Assembly: GCA_965644295.1 (NCBI GenBank)
Contig: CBFFRP010000349.1
Span: 1-58,439, forward strand
Source: Paraphysomonas bandaiensis
Taxonomy: Eukaryota; Protista; Chrysophyceae
Length of the DNA stretch: 58,439 nt
Direction: 5' to 3'
The notes below the pieces were generated by a model. That model saw only the letters and a program-made list of their open reading frames with translations, was not told the origin of the DNA and searched no databases. How positions within the stretch are numbered: the stretch's first letter is position 1; each line of letters starts with the position of its first letter. This document shows, in pieces, positions 49,297-58,439 of this stretch. The translations under genes and the position numbers were made by a program.

Positions 49297-51341
49297 ACAA
49301 CCTCATGCTCAGCACACCGATCCAAGAATATCTCGAGTTTCTTGTAAGCGTCTTCGTAGTCGTGGGCTAGCAGAAGTACGTTATCGAAAATGCATAACGC
49401 CCACTCGAGGTCACCGAACAACTTAACAACGGCTTCCTGCAAAACACTGATCCCCGGAGACACTCCTTCAGGTAGAAACAATGGCTGATACTGCCCCCAC
49501 GGTGTCTGTACGGACAGTTTCTCCGAAGTATTTTCATGCAGTTTCACCTGGTGGAACGCATTGGTCAGATCTATGTCCATAAAGATCTTGTACCCTACGA
49601 TCCTGTCTAACTCATGCCTCACATTTGGAACTGTGTAATGAGGACTTGGAATATACTTGTTTATCTGCACGTAGTCCCCGCAGATACGTATGAACGGTTT
49701 GGTCGCCTTCGGGGCTATAACAAGACAAGAGGCCCATGGAGACCTACTGGGAACATAAATATACCCACAGAGTCTCTTGAACTCCTTCTCCGCATCTTCA
49801 TACAGTCTCGGATTAACCGGCCTTGCTTTCGGCTTGATCCTAGGAGGTAAATTTTCGTCGAACTTGATATCGAGCGGGTCAACTCCCTTAATGCCGTCCC
49901 ACCTCTCTGGAACAAAAACTTTCACTCCCTTAGTCTTCAATAACTCCAGCACCGGCTGTGACTCTCTAAACTCCGCTGAGACATGCTCTTCAAACATACT
50001 CTCGAACTCCACAATAGCTTCCTCTCTAGACTTTCCCAGAAAACTTGAAGCGAACCCAAATTGCGCAGGATCTGGTACCTCCAACTCCTCAGGCGCAACT
50101 TCCTGATTATCCTTGCTCCATGGATGCAATAACTCTTGGACCATATTGAGAGCGTGCTCTTCGCAATATTCTTCCTCTGACTCACCGACTTCCTCGATAA
50201 CAGGTATAGAATCAATCTTCCTGGCATCCAAATCACCATAGAAATCATCCTCGACTCGATCCGCAAACTGAACGTTGTTTAGGAACTTCGGTTTCTCCTT
50301 CACTACGTAACCGCTGTCCCGGTTCTTCGAATTCCTCTGCACTTGCTTTCTACTAAAATCGGACCCTTCGTAAGGCACCAATCTAATATTCTTGGACGCC
50401 TCATAATGCTCACTCGCCTTAGAAACGTACTTGTTTAAAAACTCCTCAACGTTATCATAGTTCGTATCAGTCACCCTCGGAATCTCTGCCAAAATGCGCT
50501 TGTTGTAAGACTCATCGACCAATTCTAAGAAAACTTGTGCAGAGCCAAATTCCTTTCCTCCGACAGGCGGACACTTATGACTATTAGCCTCCATCATGAT
50601 ACTGAACGTACGCATAAAGACGTTCTTTCGTTTCAAAATCTCTTGAAAAAATAGCTCATGAGTATTCGGCCGCCCTGACTTCCAATCCAGGGGTTTAAGA
50701 AATCTCAGCGCGTGACGCAAAATCTCAATGAACTCAACCTTAGATAACACCTTAGTTTCCTTCGCCATCATCTCGCAGAAACTTTGTGCACTCAACTTGA
50801 CAAACATCGAATCCGTCATGTTATTATTGAGCATAAGCAGGTTTCGAACACGCCTGCTAACTATCTGGGCTGGCTCAAGCTTAATCCCGTTGATCTGTTC
50901 GTATTCAAACCACTGAATGATAAACTTGGTAAAATCGCTGAGCTCTATCGAATCCAGATAAATATGCCTATGAGGCGGCTTCTCAACATTAATAACGACC
51001 TGCTTCTTAACCTCTATGTCATCCGAGCCTTGCGCTTCCCTCATGAACACAGAAGTTCGCCTTTCCTTCTTTTTCTCTCTCGGTTGTTCATCAGACTCAT
51101 CATCCTGCTTTCCTCGTCTGACACCGATACTATCATTGACCTCCTGCTGAACCGCTGCCAGCTCATCCAAAAACTGCCCTTCACCTATGGCAACCCTTGT
51201 CTCAAGATGGTCCACTCTACCAGCCGTAGTCGCACACAATTTCGCAACTTCGCTTAATTCACTCGTGATCACTCTTAACATTGCCTTGATTTCGTCCATT
51301 TCAGAAGAAACAATGGGACTATCCGAATCAGACATAATCAA
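49293..51341 (-). CDS. Gag-RT fusion ORF without protease, copy 1 (682 aa)
   Basis: Coiled-coil gag, then PSRSPWASCLVIAPK, IRICGDY, DLTNAFHQ, TPWGQY..LPEG, IFDNV; no D(T/S)G protease motif. Confidence 0.85.
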   Translation of the reverse strand: MIMSDSDSPIVSSEMDEIKAMLRVITSELSEVAKLCATTAGRVDHLETRVAIGEGQFLDELAAVQQEVNDSIGVRRGKQDDESDEQPREKKKERRTSVFMREAQGSDDIEVKKQVVINVEKPPHRHIYLDSIELSDFTKFIIQWFEYEQINGIKLEPAQIVSRRVRNLLMLNNNMTDSMFVKLSAQSFCEMMAKETKVLSKVEFIEILRHALRFLKPLDWKSGRPNTHELFFQEILKRKNVFMRTFSIMMEANSHKCPPVGGKEFGSAQVFLELVDESYNKRILAEIPRVTDTNYDNVEEFLNKYVSKASEHYEASKNIRLVPYEGSDFSRKQVQRNSKNRDSGYVVKEKPKFLNNVQFADRVEDDFYGDLDARKIDSIPVIEEVGESEEEYCEEHALNMVQELLHPWSKDNQEVAPEELEVPDPAQFGFASSFLGKSREEAIVEFESMFEEHVSAEFRESQPVLELLKTKGVKVFVPERWDGIKGVDPLDIKFDENLPPRIKPKARPVNPRLYEDAEKEFKRLCGYIYVPSRSPWASCLVIAPKATKPFIRICGDYVQINKYIPSPHYTVPNVRHELDRIVGYKIFMDIDLTNAFHQVKLHENTSEKLSVQTPWGQYQPLFLPEGVSPGISVLQEAVVKLFGDLEWALCIFDNVLLLAHDYEDAYKKLEIFLDRCAEHEVV

Positions 51342-51404
51342 TAAAAATCTATTCCCTTAAAACTATTCTTCACTTATGTGATTTTACTATGAGTAAATTT
51401 ACTA

Positions 51405-52616
51405 TGCAAAACTTAGGTTTTGAAGCCTAAGATCACTGAAAAGAAATGTGATGTGGTTGTTTGTCGAAACAACAAAACAGAAAACTATAATAATAACTCT
51501 TTAAGAAACCAACAGCCAGAAATACAAGCTCCCAAGTATCCTGCAATCTAAAGCTCCCAATAGACAGATCAGTCAACCAACTATGTTAATTTCATAGAGA
51601 ATTATTATTAAAACTAAAGTTACAAGCAAAACAAAAGACAGACCCCTAGTCTAAAGACTCCTCCTCATACACAGGACATTGAATGCAACCACAACCGTAC
51701 AATATGCTCATACATGTACTACACTACATACGATTCATTTCCTGCATCGATTACAGTCAAAAACGCCCTGAAATACGCCTAAATAGGTCTTTTCCAAAAA
51801 CCACCGATTTCTGAGTCCCAAAAACCCAAAAATCCCCAATTTTTTAGAATTGCAGAAAATCGCCGATTTTCGAGCCACAAACACCCAAAAATGACAATAT
51901 TCGAATCCACAAAAATTGCAAGCACATTTCATGACAACGTGAAATACACAATCGCCAACTCATGCATAATACCGACAAAATGCAATCGGGTTCAAAAGCT
52001 TACAATCGAACGGTTAAATATCATTTCCTTGCAAGAGTGTGTACTTTAGACTGGACCATACAAATACACTCATATTCAGATCACTAACATGCCCATGACA
52101 CCTCTGCATCTGCGTCCAATGGCACCTTACGAATTCCTCCCCATTCCGGAGAAAATCAACGGTGTATGGCAGTGGAGGAACATTCGTATATCAGAATCCA
52201 GAACAATGATCAAGCACATAGAGCTGTTCAAAACCATCAGAAAGCTTCTCATAATGATGAATGGACTACGAATATCGCACATGCGGTACCAATCAATGCT
52301 TTCTAACCCAAAACGCTATGACACCGACTACCGTATGGATATAGGCGTAAACAAACAGGTAGCAATCGCGTAGACCAATGAAAACGTGTGTTCGAGGGTA
52401 TAATCCTAGTAGTGAGGGTAAATCCTATTAGCCTCTGCTGTCTTGCTCTCCTAATAATAATCTGTCTTTTGTTGTCAATCTCATACAAAACCAGCTACAT
52501 ATACCCTACATATTATGTTATCATATCGTTATTGCAATAATATAGTTATCAATATTATTATGATGATGTTGTCATAAAACGTGTAAAAGGGTGTTATAAA
52601 AGCCCACGGCTTTACA
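51405..52616 (-). repeat. LTR 2, shared central LTR (1212 bp)
   Basis: Near-identical to LTR 1; one substitution noticed (AAGACAC vs AATACAC). Confidence 0.93.
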
Positions 52617-52646
52617 TTACCCTTTCTCCCCCCCCGGATGCCGTAG

Positions 52647-55600
52647 CTACTCCTGAATAATTTTGGGATAAGCCGCAGCGAGCGACGCATCAACCAAAAT
52701 CATGCGAGCAGGGTCAAAATCCTTCAGGGACCCCCAACAGTAGACCAAATAGTTGTCGAAGGCATAGTTGGAACCGTTGAGATTAAAACGGGCGCTAATC
52801 TTGCGTTTGGAATTCTTGTGATACCAATGGGTGTACGTGAATTCCATGACATACGTGGCCGTGGCATAATCCGGTAAACCAAGACTCTCGTACCACAGGT
52901 CACCGTAGAACCTGAGATCAACATATAGACAGTATCTCCAACCGACACTGTTGTGATATTCTCTTTCCTCATTGAAGAGATAAAACGCTTCGCAGTAAAC
53001 GAGTCGTATGCGAGGTGCCGCAAGTAAGGCCTAGACTCACAGAAATCATAATATGCCTCACACTGAATATCCGGTGTCCATGGAATGTCCAGGATATCGC
53101 CGTCCGCATACTTCACCTTGAAGACCATCGTAGATTTGGTTCGTGAATCTCCCGTATATGAAAGAATCGCCTCCACCTTAAATTGTTCATGGTCTCGCAT
53201 CGCCGCCTCAATAGCCGATTCCTTATCTCCGAAAAATGGCTCAAGATCAGAGACAGAGTATTCCCGAATCCCCCGGTAAGAAGATTTCGAATTTGAACAT
53301 CATTCTTGTATTGCCGTACAACTTCGAAAGGACCTTTCATCCTCGAGGATAATTTCGGATGTGGTTTAGCACCAGCGTCGAACATAACAAAATCGCCTGG
53401 ACAATACTGGTTTTGTTTGGCAGGATCCAAACCCGCTTCCGCTCGTTTCTCAACTAGAGACTTCTGGTAATCTGCTGATATCTGGCGAACTAGAGCTAAG
53501 TAATCGTTCAGCCTTTTCAACAGCTGATGAGACGGATCATTGTCTCTCCCCTGGGCAGCCAAAAGATTCTTATAGATAGAATCCTGGGACCCAAACGTCA
53601 GTTCGAATGCAGAATACCCCGTCTCACTACTCTCGTGGGTATTCAGAATGAACATGATAGTGGCAAGTAACAGTTCGTCCTCCAAAACAGCATCAGCCTC
53701 AATTCGCTTGTCAAAACAAATAGCACGGATGTGACGAACCACTTCCTTAATAATACGCTCACATCCATTGACATGCCTGTTGGCGATACTAAAAACATGA
53801 CGGAGTCCTGACAACTTGACCAGCTCCGCGAAAAGCTCTGATTTGAGATCCGGACCCATATCTGATATAATCATATCCGTGAGGCCGTATGTACACCAGC
53901 ACTTCCATACTGCTGTAGCCAAATTGATAGCTGTCATTCCTTTCACCGCATATAAGTACACCAATTTCGTAAACAAATTAACCATAACCACAATGTGTGT
54001 GTACCCTGATTTCGAAACTGGTACCAAGTTGTTATGGTCCGTCTCGATAGTAAATCTCTTTCCCCTGAGATAGAACGAGAACTTCTTGACTGAATATAAT
54101 ATTCCAAAACCCTCCTTCTCAATAGTATACCATCTTTGAGCCTGTACTGAGGGTTTCTTTGAACACAATGCTATAGTTTGCTGCTGAGCTGTAACTGTTT
54201 CTGTTGCCGGCACCGTCTGAAAAAGAATACCAGCCACTCCATAATCACTGGCGTTAGTACGTAGAGTCCATTCCAGGTTGTAATCTGGGTAGAACAAAGA
54301 ACAGGACCGCTGCAAACCCCGTTTGTACTCCTCGGACTCCAGTCTGTAGTCAAACTCCCACGTAGACTCGTCCCAGTTAAAAGTACTCTTCGTCATATCC
54401 GTTAGATGTTTAACCAAATCGGAACAACTAGTAGGCACGAAAGGAGCAAAGAACACTCCCATACCCAACAAGGTACGGACTTTCTTGCACTTGTTCCCAT
54501 TCTCTGGAAACGGAATATTCAAAATAGCCTCCTTTCTGTCTTCAGATAACTCAAAACTATTATGTCGCACTATGTAGCCGAAAAACTTGACTTCTTGGAA
54601 TCCCAACCAGGTCTTCGCGAATTTCACACAACCTCATGCTCAGCACACCGATCCAAGAATATCTCGAGTTTCTTGTAAGCGTCTTCGTAGTCGTGGGCTA
54701 GCAGAAGTACGTTATCGAAAATGCATAACGCCCACTCGAGGTCACCGAACAACTTAACAACGGCTTCCTGCAAAACACTGATCCCCGGAGACACTCCTTC
54801 AGGTAGAAACAATGGCTGATACTGCCCCCACGGTGTCTGTACGGACAGTTTCTCCGAAGTATTTTCATGCAGTTTCACCTGGTGGAACGCATTGGTCAGA
54901 TCTATGTCCATAAAGATCTTGTACCCTACGATCCTGTCTAACTCATGCCTCACATTTGGAACTGTGTAATGAGGACTTGGAATATACTTGTTTATCTGCA
55001 CGTAGTCCCCGCAGATACGTATGAACGGTTTGGTCGCCTTCGGGGCTATAACAAGACAAGAGGCCCATGGAGACCTACTGGGAACATAAATATACCCACA
55101 GAGTCTCTTGAACTCCTTCTCCGCATCTTCATACAGTCTCGGATTAACCGGCCTTGCTTTCGGCTTGATCCTAGGAGGTAAATTTTCGTCGAACTTGATA
55201 TCGAGCGGGTCAACTCCCTTAATGCCGTCCCACCTCTCTGGAACAAAAACTTTCACTCCCTTAGTCTTCAATAACTCCAGCACCGGCTGTGACTCTCTAA
55301 ACTCCGCTGAGACATGCTCTTCAAACATACTCTCGAACTCCACAATAGCTTCCTCTCTAGACTTTCCCAGAAAACTTGAAGCGAACCCAAATTGCGCAGG
55401 ATCTGGTACCTCCAACTCCTCAGGCGCAACTTCCTGATTATCCTTGCTCCATGGATGCAATATAACTCTTGGACCATATTGAGAGCGTGCTCTTCGCAAT
55501 ATTCTTCCTCTGACTCACCGACTTCCTCGATAACAGGTATAGAATCAATCTTCCTGGCATCCAAATCACCATAGAAATCATCCTCGACTCGATCCGCAAA

Positions 55601-56674
55601 CTGAACGTTGTTTAGGAACTTCGGTTTCTCCTTCACTACGTAACCGCTGTCCCGGTTCTTCGAATTCCTCTGCACTTGCTTTCTACTAAAATCGGACCCT
55701 TCGTAAGGCACCAATCTAATATTCTTGGACGCCTCATAATGCTCACTCGCCTTAGAAACGTACTTGTTCAAAAACTCCTCAACGTTATCATAGTTCGTAT
55801 CAGTCACCCTCGGAATCTCTGCCAAAATGCGCTTGTTGTAAGACTCATCGACCAATTCTAAGAAAACTTGTGCAGAGCCAAATTCCTTTCCTCCGACAGG
55901 CGGACACTTATGACTATTAGCCTCCATCATGATACTGAACGTACGCATAAAGACGTTCTTTCGTTTCAAAATCTCTTGAAAAAATAGCTCATGAGTATTC
56001 GGCCGCCCTGACTTCCAATCCAGGGGTTTAAGAAATCTCAGCGCGTGACGCAAAATCTCAATGAACTCAACCTTAGATAACACCTTAGTTTCCTTCGCCA
56101 TCATCTCGCAGAAACTTTGTGCACTCAACTTGACAAACATCGAATCCGTCATGTTATTATTGAGCATAAGCAGGTTTCGAACACGCCTGCTAACTATCTG
56201 GGCTGGCTCAAGCTTAATCCCGTTGATCTGTTCGTATTCAAACCACTGAATGATAAACTTGGTAAAATCGCTGAGCTCTATCGAATCCAGATAAATATGC
56301 CTATGAGGCGGCTTCTCAACATTAATAACGACCTGCTTCTTAACCTCTATGTCATCCGAGCCTTGCGCTTCCCTCATGAACACAGAAGTTCGCCTTTCCT
56401 TCTTTTTCTCTCTCGGTTGTTCATCAGACTCATCATCCTGCTTTCCTCGTCTGACACCGATACTATCATTGACCTCCTGCTGAACCGCTGCCAGCTCATC
56501 CAAAAACTGCCCTTCACCTATGGCAACCCTTGTCTCAAGATGGTCCACTCTACCAGCCGTAGTCGCACACAATTTCGCAACTTCGCTTAATTCACTCGTG
56601 ATCACTCTTAACATTGCCTTGATTTCGTCCATTTCAGAAGAAACAATGGGACTATCCGAATCAGACATAATCAA
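52647..56674 (-). pseudogene. Gypsy gag-pol, copy 2, with two additional frameshifts
   Basis: Same as copy 1 except +2 bp near 55460, -1 bp near 53272 and a few substitutions. Confidence 0.9.
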
Positions 56675-56737
56675 TAAAAATCTATTCCCTTAAAACTATT
56701 CTTCACTTATGTGATTTTACTATGAGTAAATTTACTA

Positions 56738-57949
56738 TGCAAAACTTAGGTTTTGAAGCCTAAGATCACTGAAAAGAAATGTGATGTGGTTGTTTGTCGA
56801 AACAACAAAACAGAAAACTATAATAATAACTCTTTAAGAAACCAACAGCCAGAAATACAAGCTCCCAAGTATCCTGCAATCTAAAGCTCCCAATAGACAG
56901 ATCAGTCAACCAACTATGTTAATTTCATAGAGAATTATTATTAAAACTAAAGTTACAAGCAAAACAAAAGACAGACCCCTAGTCTAAAGACTCCTCCTCA
57001 TACACAGGACATTGAATGCAACCACAACCGTACAATATGCTCATACATGTACTACACTACATACGATTCATTTCCTGCATCGATTACAGTCAAAAACGCC
57101 CTGAAATACGCCTAAATAGGTCTTTTCCAAAAACCACCGATTTCTGAGTCCCAAAAACCCAAAAATCCCCAATTTTTTAGAATTGCAGAAAATCGCCGAT
57201 TTTCGAGCCACAAACACCCAAAAATGACAATATTCGAATCCACAAAAATTGCAAGCACATTTCATGACAACGTGAAATACACAATCGCCAACTCATGCAT
57301 AATACCGACAAAATGCAATCGGGTTCAAAAGCTTACAATCGAACGGTTAAATATCATTTCCTTGCAAGAGTGTGTACTTTAGACTGGACCATACAAATAC
57401 ACTCATATTCAGATCACTAACATGCCCATGACACCTCTGCATCTGCGTCCAATGGCACCTTACGAATTCCTCCCCATTCCGGAGAAAATCAACGGTGTAT
57501 GGCAGTGGAGGAACATTCGTATATCAGAATCCAGAACAATGATCAAGCACATAGAGCTGTTCAAAACCATCAGAAAGCTTCTCATAATGATGAATGGACT
57601 ACGAATATCGCACATGCGGTACCAATCAATGCTTTCTAACCCAAAACGCTATGACACCGACTACCGTATGGATATAGGCGTAAACAAACAGGTAGCAATC
57701 GCGTAGACCAATGAAAACGTGTGTTCGAGGGTATAATCCTAGTAGTGAGGGTAAATCCTATTAGCCTCTGCTGTCTTGCTCTCCTAATAATAATCTGTCT
57801 TTTGTTGTCAATCTCATACAAAACCAGCTACATATACCCTACATATTATGTTATCATATCGTTATTGCAATAATATAGTTATCAATATTATTATGATGAT
57901 GTTGTCATAAAACGTGTAAAAGGGTGTTATAAAAGCCCACGGCTTTACA
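56738..57949 (-). repeat. LTR 3 (1212 bp)
   Basis: Appears identical to LTR 2; similarity stops exactly at ...GGCTTTACA. Confidence 0.93.
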
Positions 57950-58113
57950 GGGTTCCTAAATACAACTGTAGTACAGTATTCCCATATGTGATCAACTCGG
58001 CCACTGGGACTAAGGAGAGTGTCCCACATAACTCATTTGACCACCATCCTTTTCTTACCCTAAGTCGCCGTGGACCAGGCCGCATGGTTGACTAGTCCAT
58101 TTCTCGATATTTA

Positions 58114-58439
58114 TTTTTTTAATCGGGCGCCGGAATTGAATATATATATAAAATCATTTTGACGCCCGAACCCTCCTAAATTGATTGCCGTAGAAGTTTT
58201 TTTTCAAAAAACACACATAAAATTTTAATTCATTTAAATTCTGTGTGTGTTTTTTTCAGCCAATCAGAATCGAGGATTTGAACTCCAATTTTTTTAATCG
58301 GGCGCCGGAATTGAATATATATATAAAATCATTTTGACGCCCGAACCCTCCTAAATTGATTGCCGTAGAAGTTTTTTTCAAAAAACACACATAAAATTTT
58401 AATTCATTTAAATTCTGTGTGTGTTTTTTTCAGCCAATC
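58114..58439. repeat. 175 bp tandem repeat, at least ~1.9 units, truncated by the window edge
   Basis: AATCGGGCGCCGGAATTGAA at 58121 and 58296. Confidence 0.92.

Larger units (their letters stand above)
46073..57949 (-). mobile_element. Tandem Ty3/gypsy chromodomain LTR retrotransposon array (LTR-int-LTR-int-LTR, period 5332-5333 bp), defective
   Basis: Three 1212 bp TG...CA LTRs; PPT beside the LTRs; gag-RT-RH-IN-chromodomain order; flanks GGGTA / GGGTT are a TSD candidate. Confidence 0.95.

Overview
Eukaryotic, compact genomic DNA with many ~45-60 bp GT-AG introns; gene content and transposon types suggest a stramenopile protist, but that is inference. From 1-42.4 kb host genes are mostly arranged as head-to-head pairs: a coiled-coil/TRAF-type Zn-finger gene, MMAA/MeaB, a PPDK-like gene, a galectin-like+RRM gene, CDC50, RP9, an intronless GT2-like gene, a small membrane protein, mitochondrial HslV, mitochondrial bL9, ALDH7 and a very large PPC-like-repeat type I membrane protein. 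Interspersed are a decayed Ty1/copia carrying two nested hAT MITEs, an internally deleted hAT and two >1 kb (TACA)n arrays. From 42.7-58.4 kb the DNA is transposon-derived: fold-back repeats, an inverted diverged LTR copy, a tandem LTR-int-LTR-int-LTR chromodomain Ty3/gypsy array lacking protease, and a 175 bp tandem repeat. The strongest novelty candidates are (1) a full-length, apparently intact PPDK homologue whose catalytic His, catalytic Cys and PEP-binding motif are substituted (pseudoenzyme), (2) a galectin-RRM fusion, and (3) (TACA)n expansions just upstream of start codons. All gene models were spliced by eye, so exon boundaries are approximate.
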